Assembly (NCBI GenBank): GCA_003559855.1
Contig: PWJZ01000124.1
Location: 40,580-104,579, forward strand
Length of the DNA stretch: 64,000 nt
Reading direction: 5' to 3'
DNA from: Bacteroidales bacterium
GTDB lineage: Bacteria > Bacteroidota > Bacteroidia > Bacteroidales > UBA7960
A program made the translations under genes and the position numbers. The notes under the pieces were generated by a model. It had not been told where the DNA came from, did not search any database, and was given only the letters and a program-made list of their open reading frames with translations. This document shows, one piece after another, positions 48,236 through 58,867 of the stretch. How positions within the stretch are numbered: position 1 is the first letter of the stretch; each line of letters starts with the position of its first letter.

Positions 48236-50194
48236 ATGCCTAAACAATTTTTCAGGACACCGGTTTTATTTTTTTTATTGCTTTTTTTCGGCTGTCCTTT
48301 TTCATATTCACAACATATTGGCAGGGATTTAACCACTTCATCGAGCATGGCACGGCGGGCTTTTGAAAACGCCATACAATATAAGAATGCCTGGCGTGAC
48401 AGGGAGGCTGAAGAAGAATTTCTGAGGGCTATTGATATTGATCCTTATTTCATAGAGCCTTATATTATTTTGGGTGAAATGTATAATGAAAAAGGCAGGC
48501 ATGCGCATGCAATTAAAGCATTCAGGGGTGCTGTAAAGATAAATCCTGATTTTTATCCACCCAAGCATTTTTATCTGGCCGATTCGAAGCTTAAATCGGG
48601 GAGATATGAAGAAGCTAAAAACCGTGTTGAACATTTTTTGACTTACGATGATATCAGTGATAATTTACGCAATAGGTCGGACAGGATCCTTGAGTCGTGC
48701 AGTTTTGCCATTGAAGCTATGAAGTCGCCTGTTCCTTTTGATCCTGTAGATATTGGCAGTGCCATAAATAGTGAATTTGATGAATACAGCCCGTCGTTGA
48801 CGGCCGATGAAGAGACAATATTTTTCACGAGAAAGCGTCGTCGTTCTCCGGCTTCAATTTACGGGGCAAGTGAATACGAAGACATTTATTACAGCCGTAA
48901 GGCTGATGGCGAGTGGCAGCCGGCCGAAAATATCGGAGCGCCGGTTAATACGTCACGTAATGAAGGTTTTCTGAGTATTTCAGCAGATGGTCAGCATCTT
49001 TTTTTCACAGCTTGCAACAGACCCGATGGTGTTGGATCATGTGATATTTATTACGCGCGGAGAAAAGGTGATTCATGGAGTACTCCCGTGAATATGGACG
49101 TGCCTGTAAACAGCTGGTATTGGGACTCACAGCCGAGTGCAACGGCCGACGGAAAGACACTATACTTCACAAGTTCGAGGGGTGGCGGTTTTGGCTTAAA
49201 GGATATATGGAAGACACAATTTCAAAGCGATTCTACATGGTCAAGACCGGTAAATCTGGGCCCGGTGATAAATACCACGGGGAGTGAAATTTCGCCTTTT
49301 ATTAGTCCGGATAACAGAACACTCTTTTTTGCCTCAGACGGTCATACCGGAATGGGAGGGTTTGATCTTTTTTACTCCCGGCGCAATGAAGACGGCAGCT
49401 GGTCAAAACCATTGAACCTGGGGTATCCCATTAATACACATAAAGATGAATTCTCCCTTTTCATTGGTGCAGGCGGACGCGAAGCATACTTTGCATCCAG
49501 GAAATACCAGGAGAATTCATATAAAATTGATATTTATTATTTCGAACTTTATGAAGAAGCACGCCCCGACCCGCTTACATACATGAAAGGTACTGTGTTC
49601 GATAGATACACACGCAGACCGCTTAAAGCAAAGTTTGAGCTTATAGATCTGAAAAAAGATGAAGTGCTGATAAGCTCTGAATCAGACCCTGTTAATGGAA
49701 GCTTTCTCGTTGCTATACCTATAGGCGCCAATATCGGTCTTAATGTTTCGGCTAAGGGGTATCTGTTCTATTCCGAAAATTTTACCCTGAGCGAAGAATA
49801 TACGGGCATGGAACCCTATCTTGTGGATATCCCCTTGAATCCCGTTCAAGCCGGAGAATCAACGATTCTGAGAAATATATTTTTTGATTTTGACAAGTAT
49901 CATCTCAAACCGGAGTCAAAAGCGGAGCTTAACAGACTGATAAGGCTTATGGAGGAAAATCCCGCGATCAGGATTGAGATTGGCGGTCATACCGACAACA
50001 TAGGTTCCTACAACTACAATAAGGAATTGTCTTTGAACCGTGCAAGAAGTGTTTATGAATACCTTGCTGAAAACGGTATTGACCCCGACAGGCTCGAGTA
50101 TAAAGGATATGCCGATACTAAACCGGTAGATACCAATGAAACCGATGAAGGAAGGGCTAACAACCGCAGAACCGAATTTACAATATTGGAATAA
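48236..50194 (+). CDS. OmpA-family protein with N-terminal TPR and TolB-like repeats
   Basis: Signal peptide, TPR-like region, repeated SP.(S/T).DG..L(F/Y)F(T/A)S motifs, and a C-terminal OmpA-like domain (IEIGGHTDNIGSYNYNKELSLNRARSV...NRRTEFTIL). Confidence 0.9.
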   Translation: MPKQFFRTPVLFFLLLFFGCPFSYSQHIGRDLTTSSSMARRAFENAIQYKNAWRDREAEEEFLRAIDIDPYFIEPYIILGEMYNEKGRHAHAIKAFRGAVKINPDFYPPKHFYLADSKLKSGRYEEAKNRVEHFLTYDDISDNLRNRSDRILESCSFAIEAMKSPVPFDPVDIGSAINSEFDEYSPSLTADEETIFFTRKRRRSPASIYGASEYEDIYYSRKADGEWQPAENIGAPVNTSRNEGFLSISADGQHLFFTACNRPDGVGSCDIYYARRKGDSWSTPVNMDVPVNSWYWDSQPSATADGKTLYFTSSRGGGFGLKDIWKTQFQSDSTWSRPVNLGPVINTTGSEISPFISPDNRTLFFASDGHTGMGGFDLFYSRRNEDGSWSKPLNLGYPINTHKDEFSLFIGAGGREAYFASRKYQENSYKIDIYYFELYEEARPDPLTYMKGTVFDRYTRRPLKAKFELIDLKKDEVLISSESDPVNGSFLVAIPIGANIGLNVSAKGYLFYSENFTLSEEYTGMEPYLVDIPLNPVQAGESTILRNIFFDFDKYHLKPESKAELNRLIRLMEENPAIRIEIGGHTDNIGSYNYNKELSLNRARSVYEYLAENGIDPDRLEYKGYADTKPVDTNETDEGRANNRRTEFTILE

Positions 50195-50660
50195 TAAATA
50201 GCGGTGGCTCGTGAGTTGTCTAATCTTATTAATCCCAGCAATAACTACGTCATATCATGAACCGGATAAACCCTGAAGGGATAATGAAAACTCAAATATC
50301 AAATAACAAAACTCAAATAAACCCTGTTAAATAGCTGATGATTGCCTATTACGTTGCTAATTATAGTGTATATTTAACGGGGTAAATTTCAAAAACCAAA
50401 AATTAATTCCAACCTGCCCAGTATTTGCTGGTATTTTGAATTTGATGTTTTGTTATTTATTTGTTCAGATTTTAATATAATTGGTGTTCATGAGTTCATA
50501 ATGTATTCTCTTCGGCCGTTATTATCCTTTAGCCGGCAAGTCCGGTTGTATCCTGTCATTTAATTTGGTGCTTTAACATTGTTAATCCCGAAAAAACGGG
50601 GCAGACATGATATCATTAATTGTTTTCTAAGGGGCTTAATTGTGTGGTGTTAAACGACTT

Positions 50661-51896
50661 TTACAAAATATGACCCATCTTATTCTTTTTGGTTTTAAGG
50701 TAGTCGCTGCAATATTTCGAAGCAGGCACAATCAAAGGGATATTTTTGACTATTTCAATACCATAACCGCTTAATCCTGTTTTTTTGTGCGGATTGTTAC
50801 TTATCAGCATGATTTTTTGTGCACCGAGTTCACGCAGTATTTGTGCACCGATACCATAATCCCTTTCATCAGCTTTAAATCCAAGCTCAATATTTGCTTC
50901 AACCGTATCAAGTCCTTTTTCCTGGAGGTGATATGCTTTAAGTTTATTGAGTAAACCTATTCCCCGTCCTTCCTGGTTCATGTACAAGACAACTCCTTTT
51001 CCTTCTTCTTCGACCATCATCATGGCTTTATGCAGCTGGCTGCCACAATCGCATTTACAAGAGCCAAAGACATCGCCGGTAACACAAGAAGAATGTACTC
51101 TTACCATTACTTCTTCACCGGATTTCCAGCTTCCTTTAATAAGGGCAAGATGAAGGTGGTTGTTGGTAGTTTGCCTGTATGCTGCTATTTTAAAATGTCC
51201 GAATTCGGTTGGCAGATCAATGAGTATTTCTTGTTTTATAAGGCTTTCGTTTTTAATGCGGTAGGCGATGAGCTGTTCTATTGAGATTATTTTCAGGTCA
51301 AATTTTTTTGCGACTTCAACGAGTTCCGGCAATCGGGCCATGGTTCCGTCGGGGTTCATTATTTCGACGAGTGCTCCGCATGGATAAAAGCCTGCCAGCC
51401 TTGCCAGGTCAATAGCGGCTTCGGTATGTCCTGCTCTTTGCAGAACACCGCCTTCACGTGCCATCAATGGGAAAATATGCCCGGGACGGGCCAGGTCTTT
51501 TGGCCTGGTAGCAGGATTAGCCAAAGACCGTATAGTCTTTGCCCTGTCTGAGGCCGAAATACCCGTTGTGCACCCTTTCCCGATCAAATCAACCGAAACG
51601 GTAAAAGGAGTTTGATGAAGAGATGTGTTTTTGTTTACCATTAAATCCAAATCCAACTCTTCGCAACGGTTTGCAGTTATCGGTGAACATATCAACCCGC
51701 GGCCGTGAGTAGCCATAAAGTTTACTATAGACGGATTGATGGCTTCAGCCGCAGCAATAAAATCACCCTCATTCTCACGATCCTCATCATCAACAACTAT
51801 TACAACCTTGCCCTTGCGTATATCACCTATGGCAGAATCGATAGTGTCGAACTTGAAATTGTCGTGGCTAACTTCTTTTTGTCGGCTTCCAGACAT
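50661..51896 (-). CDS. ribBA: bifunctional 3,4-dihydroxy-2-butanone-4-phosphate synthase / GTP cyclohydrolase II
   Basis: [14 protein letters not shown] and [14 protein letters not shown] (RibB half), plus [21 protein letters not shown] and NQEGRGIGL (RibA half). Confidence 0.95.
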   Translation of the reverse strand: MSGSRQKEVSHDNFKFDTIDSAIGDIRKGKVVIVVDDEDRENEGDFIAAAEAINPSIVNFMATHGRGLICSPITANRCEELDLDLMVNKNTSLHQTPFTVSVDLIGKGCTTGISASDRAKTIRSLANPATRPKDLARPGHIFPLMAREGGVLQRAGHTEAAIDLARLAGFYPCGALVEIMNPDGTMARLPELVEVAKKFDLKIISIEQLIAYRIKNESLIKQEILIDLPTEFGHFKIAAYRQTTNNHLHLALIKGSWKSGEEVMVRVHSSCVTGDVFGSCKCDCGSQLHKAMMMVEEEGKGVVLYMNQEGRGIGLLNKLKAYHLQEKGLDTVEANIELGFKADERDYGIGAQILRELGAQKIMLISNNPHKKTGLSGYGIEIVKNIPLIVPASKYCSDYLKTKKNKMGHIL

Positions 51897-53055
51897 TTGT
51901 CTTAATTGATTTAAATGATTTAAAAAATCCTGTCAGTAAAGAAATATTCATGCTGTAAAAATGCGTAATGAAACGAAGAATATTGATGTTAAAATTCAAT
52001 TTCCTCAAAAAATAATCAACTATTGGCAATATTAGCAATATACAATGTAAAATAAACAAATAAAAATAAAGATCATTGTATAATGCCAGAATAAAATTTG
52101 AAATAAATGCCAAAATTATAAAAAACGGACCTAACCATCTTAATATTTTATGTGAAATAAAACAAAAAGCAAGTCCTTTTTTGCTATGAGAAAGTAACTT
52201 GTAAAATGCCCGCAGGTTTTGAAAATTGCCGGTTGCAATTCTTATTTTTCTGCGAAACTGATCACCCAATTTGCTCGGTATATTTTCATATACCTTTGCA
52301 TTCAGATTGTTAATGCATTTATAACCTTTTTCAAGTATTTTCATGTTTATATAAAAATCGTCAACCAGGAAGTTAGGCGGGACCCTGGAGTATAACTCCT
52401 TTCTGATGGCAAAGCATCCGCCGAAAGGCCCCATCATTGTACCCCATAATATGCTTTCGTTGTGCTTTATATAAACTTCCCTTGTAATGTATGCTCTTTC
52501 CTGGTAGGAAATACCGCTTTTTTTAAGATTGGTGTTTATCATTCTTGTATCTGTCAAGCCAATAGTTTCATCTTTAAAATATTTTACCAGCTCAAAAATC
52601 GTATTTTTTTCAAGTATTACGTTGGCATCGGTTAACAGCAATATCTCACCATTCGATCTTTCAAACAGATCATTGATCACGTTGCCTTTTCCTCTTCGTG
52701 TTTTGAATGAAAAAAACCTCAATCGCGTATATTGTTTTAACAGTTTTCTAATGATAGCGTCCGTGTTATCAGTAGATGCATCGGAACCCACCAACACTTC
52801 AATCTTATGGAGAGGATAGGATGTTTTGAATATAGAATGAATTTTGTTTTCTATTACATCTTCTTCATTAAACGCTGATATTAAAATGCTCACGAATGGC
52901 AGGTCATCGCTTTTGCTGTATTTTTTTGACGTCAGTGTTTTATTTTTTGAAAGTAATGATAGTATCAAAGGAAAAACAACGTAAGAATAAAAAATTATTC
53001 CTGCCGATAGCCAGAAACACACAGCCAATATCCAGAAGGTAATATTATCAGTCAT
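51868..53055 (-). CDS. family 2 glycosyltransferase, membrane-associated
   Basis: [20 protein letters not shown] and LLTDAN (DxD-like) motifs, followed by C-terminal TM helices. Confidence 0.85.
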   Translation of the reverse strand: MTDNITFWILAVCFWLSAGIIFYSYVVFPLILSLLSKNKTLTSKKYSKSDDLPFVSILISAFNEEDVIENKIHSIFKTSYPLHKIEVLVGSDASTDNTDAIIRKLLKQYTRLRFFSFKTRRGKGNVINDLFERSNGEILLLTDANVILEKNTIFELVKYFKDETIGLTDTRMINTNLKKSGISYQERAYITREVYIKHNESILWGTMMGPFGGCFAIRKELYSRVPPNFLVDDFYINMKILEKGYKCINNLNAKVYENIPSKLGDQFRRKIRIATGNFQNLRAFYKLLSHSKKGLAFCFISHKILRWLGPFFIILAFISNFILALYNDLYFYLFILHCILLILPIVDYFLRKLNFNINILRFITHFYSMNISLLTGFFKSFKSIKTNVWKPTKRS

Positions 53056-54257
53056 TTTATTTGATTGTAATAGAAATCTATCAAGTTTGCCGAAATATTG
53101 TTATTGTCAAAATTATTTTTTACAAACTTAACAGCATTTTTTCCAATTTCATAAATCATTTCCCTGTTTTTTAAAAGATTGTCAATTTGTCTGACAAATC
53201 CTTCGGGAGTTTCTTCAATAATTATATTTTCGCCGTTTGTCGCGTTTATACCTTCAACACCCACGGGTGTTGTGATTATTGCTTTACCGAGCGCCATACC
53301 TTCTACTATTTTAACTCTCATACCGCTACCTGAAAAAAGCGGAACGATCATTAATGCGTTTTGATTAATGAAATCGCAGGCATCTTCTATTTCGCCCAAA
53401 AAGTTAATATTTTCTGAACGGAAATATTTGTTCAGCCATTTGGGGGCATTTCTTCCCGCAATATTAAATTTCAGCCCGGGGTGCATTTTTGATATTTTTT
53501 TCCAGACATTTTCCAGAAACCATATCAAACCTTCCTGGTTGGGCATCCAGTCAAGGGTTCCAATATGGCAAACCGAAGGGAAAACTATCTTGCTTTGCTC
53601 CGGTATAAGCTTGCCGGTATCGATGCCGGCAGGTATCACGTGTACCGGCATCTTGTTACCAAGATCATCAAACCTTGCACCGTCGCGCTGAGTTATGGGG
53701 ATAAGAACATCATATTGATTGATAAAATCAATTTTAAGTTTTTTAATACGTTTTGCAATATCCTTGCAATACAATTTTTTGAAAGGTAATCTTTGCTGAG
53801 CAGCTATCCGTTCCCATATTTCATGCTCTATATTATGAGCACGCAACGCTATCAAACCATTACTGTGCTTTCTTATCTCCGGAATATAGGGTGTAAGGTA
53901 CAGGCCTTCCAGTTGAATTATATCATATTGATCTGATTTAAGTAATTCAGTCAGTTTGCCGGCGTATTTTGCCGATATAAAACGTTCGGCATTATAGGGC
54001 ATTGAAGAAAAAAGAAAATTTCTCAATGCATCTGCAAGGTTTATACCGGTATCTATTTTCACGTCGTGTATATTGATATTTTTTTTCAGGCTTTCGGGAA
54101 TTTTTTCAGTGTCATAATAATGTTTTAATGTGTTCATTGCCAGTATGGTGACACTGTGGCCGAGGTTTGCAAAGCCGTTTGACATGTTTAGCGTTGCAAT
54201 TGCTCCGCCATCTCTGGGCGGATATGGCATTTTATTGGTCAATTGCAGGATCTTCAT
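53052..54257 (-). CDS. glycosyltransferase, GT4 (GT-B, group 1) family
   Basis: MKILQLTNKMPYPPRDGGAIA N-terminus and C-terminal LFSGSGMRVKIVEGMALGKAIITT (E-x7-E-like region). Confidence 0.85.
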   Translation of the reverse strand: MKILQLTNKMPYPPRDGGAIATLNMSNGFANLGHSVTILAMNTLKHYYDTEKIPESLKKNINIHDVKIDTGINLADALRNFLFSSMPYNAERFISAKYAGKLTELLKSDQYDIIQLEGLYLTPYIPEIRKHSNGLIALRAHNIEHEIWERIAAQQRLPFKKLYCKDIAKRIKKLKIDFINQYDVLIPITQRDGARFDDLGNKMPVHVIPAGIDTGKLIPEQSKIVFPSVCHIGTLDWMPNQEGLIWFLENVWKKISKMHPGLKFNIAGRNAPKWLNKYFRSENINFLGEIEDACDFINQNALMIVPLFSGSGMRVKIVEGMALGKAIITTPVGVEGINATNGENIIIEETPEGFVRQIDNLLKNREMIYEIGKNAVKFVKNNFDNNNISANLIDFYYNQIK

Positions 54258-54339
54258 TTTTTCAAAAAAATAATTTTTAATATTCTCTGCCGCGTCAATT
54301 TCACAATAATAATCGATATCAGCTATTTGTGGAATGATC

Positions 54340-55782
54340 TTATCTTATTGACATTATTTTCTTCAGAAACCTTACAAAGTCTTCGTATCTTTTTGTATAG
54401 CTTTCGATATTCATTATTGATGAGTCGGTGGTGGCTTTAATCGACAGGATAATACCGCCGGCCAATAATACCAGGGGTGATACCCACATGCCTTGCCATG
54501 CGGGGATAACGGCTTCACGAACAAACTTTTCGCCTGTTACCGAGATAACATGAAAAACGACAAAGCATAATACTGAGATGACCAGGGGAAGACCGAATCC
54601 GCCTTTACGAATTATTGCACCCAAAGGTGCTCCAATGAGAAAAAATACTATGCATGCGAAGGAAAGGGTGAATTTCCTTTGAAATTCTATCTCATAGCGC
54701 GCAAGCGAACGTTTTCTCTGATGTAATTCCCTGTGAAAATTGTTGGTGTAATCCTTGTTGGTTCGCATGAAATCAGAGGCGTTTCTGATAATATTTTCTT
54801 TGTTCGGGGAGTTAAAAATCATCCCCAGCCCGAAAATATCACTTTTATCATGGTCAAGGTTATGGTATTTCGCAGAATCAACCTGGGAGTAAAATCTGAA
54901 ACGTTTATTAAAATCATTTAGATACCTTTCTTTTCTCTGGTCAATCTGGCTTTGTAAAGAGTCAATGAAATATGAGAGCTGTGACAGATTCAACATTTGA
55001 TGGTTGCTTTTGAAAAGCTCTTTATCAGTTCGGGTAAGATCAAAAGCGCTCAGATCAAATTTTTGTATTTGTTTGCTGAATTTCGTTCTTCTGAACGGCT
55101 TGGCTTCTGATGCAGGATCATCCTCAATAATCTCTTCAAAATTATAACCATCATAAAGTGTAAGCACAAGGTGCCTTTTATCGGGCGTTGTTTCCATTAT
55201 GCCATGACTGGCCGTGGTAAGATTGGTATTACCGCGCCGGTCGGTATGGTCATATATTTTTATGTTCCTGAGAGTCTGCCCGTCACTCTCCCTTTCCTGT
55301 ACACGAATAACAAAATTGTCGATGCCTTTGTAATAAACACCTTCAATGATATTAAATGCCGGACGTTGCTGCCTGATATCGTAAAGCAAAGAACCCATTT
55401 TAAGATTTGCCACAGGAAGTATATTGTTGGCAAAGTAAAACCCTGTAATTGCAAGAAATATAGATATTACCCATAAAGGCAGCATAATTTTATTCAACGA
55501 AATACCTGCCGATTTCAAAGCAACAAGTTCGTAGTTTTCACCCAAACTTCCCATTGTCATGATAGAGGATAATAATATCGCCAGAGGAAGCGCCAAAGGA
55601 ACAAAAGTGGCGGAAGCATAAAATAACAGCTCTGTAACAATATACCATTCAAGACCCTTGCCAACCAAATCATCAATGTACTTCCACAAAAACTGCATTA
55701 ACATTATGAATGTGGCAATAAAAAATGTGACAAAAAAAGGGCCTATATATGAACGTAATATTAACTTATAATATGTTTTCAC
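54340..55782 (-). CDS. LptF/LptG (YjgP/YjgQ) family permease
   Basis: YKLILRSYIGPFFVTFFIATFIMLMQFLWKYIDDLVGKGL start, a central periplasmic insert and C-terminal TM helices. Confidence 0.85.
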   Translation of the reverse strand: MKTYYKLILRSYIGPFFVTFFIATFIMLMQFLWKYIDDLVGKGLEWYIVTELLFYASATFVPLALPLAILLSSIMTMGSLGENYELVALKSAGISLNKIMLPLWVISIFLAITGFYFANNILPVANLKMGSLLYDIRQQRPAFNIIEGVYYKGIDNFVIRVQERESDGQTLRNIKIYDHTDRRGNTNLTTASHGIMETTPDKRHLVLTLYDGYNFEEIIEDDPASEAKPFRRTKFSKQIQKFDLSAFDLTRTDKELFKSNHQMLNLSQLSYFIDSLQSQIDQRKERYLNDFNKRFRFYSQVDSAKYHNLDHDKSDIFGLGMIFNSPNKENIIRNASDFMRTNKDYTNNFHRELHQRKRSLARYEIEFQRKFTLSFACIVFFLIGAPLGAIIRKGGFGLPLVISVLCFVVFHVISVTGEKFVREAVIPAWQGMWVSPLVLLAGGIILSIKATTDSSIMNIESYTKRYEDFVRFLKKIMSIR

Positions 55783-56405
55783 CCTTCAAGTTTATATATA
55801 TGTTTGGCATCCCTCATTGAATGCAGGAATAATATTTTGGTTTTGCCGGTATAACCGGCCAGAAGGATCAACCTCTGCCTTGCTTTCATTAGCTTAAACG
55901 TAATCCTTCTCAAGATATTACAAAAAACATAAGACCAAGTGGGGATGATATTGACACATCAATGCTTTATTAATTTATATGGAATTTCTTTAATAGTAAA
56001 ACAATTAACAAATAAATACAAATTTATATTTTTTTTGCCGACTTGCAGAGTTTTTAAAAAACAACAACCTTATTTCCTAAATTTAGATTAATAAAATTTA
56101 ATAATTATTGTAAATTTTTTATTTTTGCTTATCAGATAGTTTCAATATATCGAAATAAAAATTATCTTGACCGGAGTTGTTTGTTTTTATTCATATGGTG
56201 GAAGTATATGGATCATAACCGAAAAGCCTGAACAGGAAATTGACATGCCGGGCTTGCCAGGACCAAAAATAAATTCGGTTTTAAATATGCTTCAGGATTA
56301 AAAAAAGAATTCAAGTATTCAGGCAAGTATCGTTTTTTTTTGGCAATAACCATCTTAAGCGGTAGTTTGCCTGGAAGTTACAAAACCCGGATATATACTT
56401 CAAAT

Positions 56406-56804
56406 ATGAATAACCAGGAACCCAAACCAGAAAGAGAGGGGTTAAATATTTTGTATGTAGAGGACAAGCCTACTAATCAAAAGGTTTTTGCCCTGATGTT
56501 TGAATCACGGGGATGTAATGTGGATTTTGCCGATAATGGGCAAGAAGGAGTTGAGATGGCTGAGAAAAAGCGTTATGATGTAATTTTCATGGATTTGAAG
56601 ATGCCCGTTATGGATGGTATCACTGCTGCAAAAATAATAAATGAGAAAGATGATCATCCTCCGCCGATTATTGCATTAACAGCATATTATGATGGTATTG
56701 ACAGATCGGAAGTAATAGCTAACGGAATAGTTGACATAATACATAAACCGTTTAGCTTTCAGGATATTTTGAATAAGGTGGTGTATTGGGTGCAGGAAAA
56801 ATGA
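56406..56804 (+). CDS. stand-alone response-regulator receiver (CheY-like) protein
   Basis: ILYVEDKPTNQ..., YDVIFMDLKMPVMDG (phospho-acceptor Asp context) and IIALTA. ATG at 56406 preferred over the listed upstream start. Confidence 0.8.
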   Translation: MNNQEPKPEREGLNILYVEDKPTNQKVFALMFESRGCNVDFADNGQEGVEMAEKKRYDVIFMDLKMPVMDGITAAKIINEKDDHPPPIIALTAYYDGIDRSEVIANGIVDIIHKPFSFQDILNKVVYWVQEK

Positions 56805-56963
56805 TTGATTCAGGTTTTATCTTATACTTCTATTAACCCGCATTTTATAATTATCAGGGGATCAACGGCTGCCGACGGTAATGCAGCTTTCTTGTTTCAG
56901 CTGCATTCTTATTCTGAAAGCTGTTATAACCAACAATACTACTGCAGTTAACCGGATTATCAA

Positions 56964-57611
56964 TTACAGTTCTATTATTTTGTTTTTGATGGCATATTTT
57001 ATCAGCTCAACACTATTTTTCATATTTGTTTTCTGAAGTATGTGATTTTTGTGCGACTCTATTGTCCGTACGCTTAAAAACAATTTATCTGCAATTTCAT
57101 TGTTGTTGTAGCCTTCAGCAAACAATTTAAGCACCTCCAGTTCGCGTTTTGTGAGTTGCGGTAAAAGAGTTGAAGATTTCTTCCGTTTTGTTGCATAGTT
57201 TTTGATTATCTCATCACTTATGGAGGTATGAAAATAATTCTTGCCGCTGTTAACGGTAAGAATAGCTTCAACCAGCTCTTCTGCCGAAATGTCTTTTGGA
57301 ATATAACCGTCGGCGCCGGCATCAATAGCATCAGAAATATTATTGTAATCCGAATGCATCGACAATATGAGCACCTTGATATCGGGATATATTTTTTTTA
57401 TCTTTTCGGTTGCTTCAATGCCGGTCATTTCAGGCATACTGATATCTAAAAGTGTTACATCGGGCATCTCCTTTTTAACAAATTCAATAGCTTCCGCTCC
57501 ACTATGCGCAACCCCGACAACTTTTACTTCATCAGAACCCTTTAGAAACAAACTGATGCAATCCGTTACTAATTGATGATCATCAACTACAAAGACTTTA
57601 ATTTTACTCAT
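56964..57611 (-). CDS. two-component response regulator, NarL/LuxR family
   Basis: Receiver domain (VFVVDDH, VTLLDISMPEMTG, ILSMH) plus a C-terminal LuxR HTH (LTKRELEVLKLFAEGYNNNEIADKLFLSVRTIESHKNHILQK). Confidence 0.9.
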   Translation of the reverse strand: MSKIKVFVVDDHQLVTDCISLFLKGSDEVKVVGVAHSGAEAIEFVKKEMPDVTLLDISMPEMTGIEATEKIKKIYPDIKVLILSMHSDYNNISDAIDAGADGYIPKDISAEELVEAILTVNSGKNYFHTSISDEIIKNYATKRKKSSTLLPQLTKRELEVLKLFAEGYNNNEIADKLFLSVRTIESHKNHILQKTNMKNSVELIKYAIKNKIIEL

Positions 57612-58001
57612 TAATGTGTCATTTTTGGTTCAAAGTTTCTGGTGACTTTATCGATCATTTAATCGATAAAAATTGCATCACAATATACAAATAAATATTA
57701 TAATACCGAGAAAACCAATAAAAAAAAATCTAAATTTTGAGAAAAATGGTTTTATCAGCACCGGTCAGTAAACAAAAGTATTAATTTATGTGAAATGTGC
57801 TATTTTTATTAGTGCAAAAACACGGATCTTCAAAATTCAAACTCCTGCAGGCCACAAGCGTTATCTTTGCCGAAATCAGGGTGTTTGCTTAACCGGATAC
57901 ATATCGAAATAATTTTTCCGGTGAAATATTCAGTTTTTTTAAGTACAATTTTTTCACAATTCAGTATTTAACGGGCAGATATTTTTTTTCAGACGCCGCA
58001 A

Positions 58002-58763
58002 TCATGTTTTTTTATGGAAAAAATTTGCAGAAGCCTGTGCTGTCGGCATCAGTAACAAATCATTAATATTTGCATGCGGCGGGAGGGAAGCTGCAAAAAA
58101 TACAGCATTTGCAACATCCTCGCCTGTTAAGGGTTGATAGCCTTTATAAACATTTTCAGCTTTTTCATTATCGCCTTTGAATCTTACAAGTGAAAATTCG
58201 GTTTCAGTGGCTCCCGGATTGATAAGACTTACTTTGATATTATATTCTAATAAATCAATACGCATTCCCTGTGTTATGGCTTCAACGCCTTTTTTAGTAG
58301 CACAATAAACACTTCCTTTGGGATATGTCTCTTTTGCCGCTATCGATCCCAGATTTATAATATGTCCCTTTTTTCTTTTTACCATATCTGCTACAACTGC
58401 TTTTGTCACATATAAAAGCCCTTTCAGGTTTGTTTCGATCATGGTATCCCAGTCACCGGTATCTGCTTGATCAACGGGATCCAATCCAAGCGCCAGACCG
58501 GCATTGTTTACCAACAGATCTATCGCTTTCCATTCTTCCGGAAGGTTGCCTACGGAATCAAAAACAGCATTTTTATCGCATACATCAAAAGGCAGAATAT
58601 GTACTTCAACGTTAAACTTTTTTCTTATTAAGCTGTACAGCTCTTCCAGGCGATCTTTACGGCGTCCGTTGATTATTACACGCCAGCCCTCAGATGAAAA
58701 TCTTAATGCGCATGCCTTGCCTATACCACTGGTAGCGCCGGTTATCAATACAGTTTTTGCCAT
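58002..58763 (-). CDS. SDR family NAD(P)-dependent oxidoreductase (YdfG-like)
   Basis: TGATSGIGKA cofactor motif, NNAG, and YCATKKGVEA (YxxxK). Confidence 0.88.
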   Translation of the reverse strand: MAKTVLITGATSGIGKACALRFSSEGWRVIINGRRKDRLEELYSLIRKKFNVEVHILPFDVCDKNAVFDSVGNLPEEWKAIDLLVNNAGLALGLDPVDQADTGDWDTMIETNLKGLLYVTKAVVADMVKRKKGHIINLGSIAAKETYPKGSVYCATKKGVEAITQGMRIDLLEYNIKVSLINPGATETEFSLVRFKGDNEKAENVYKGYQPLTGEDVANAVFFAASLPPHANINDLLLMPTAQASANFFHKKT

Positions 58764-58867
58764 TTTATCTTAAACTTAAGTTCATAAATACAATATCCGG
58801 AGTTTATGCTTTGTAACTTCGGTATATAAAAATATCCCGCATGTCTTAATACAAATTTACAAATTTA

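Noticed and set aside
50195-50660. FMN riboswitch or other leader for ribBA
   Set aside because: This gap is downstream (3') of the minus-strand ribBA gene. The ribBA 5' end overlaps the preceding glycosyltransferase gene, leaving no leader, and I saw no FMN-riboswitch-like core.
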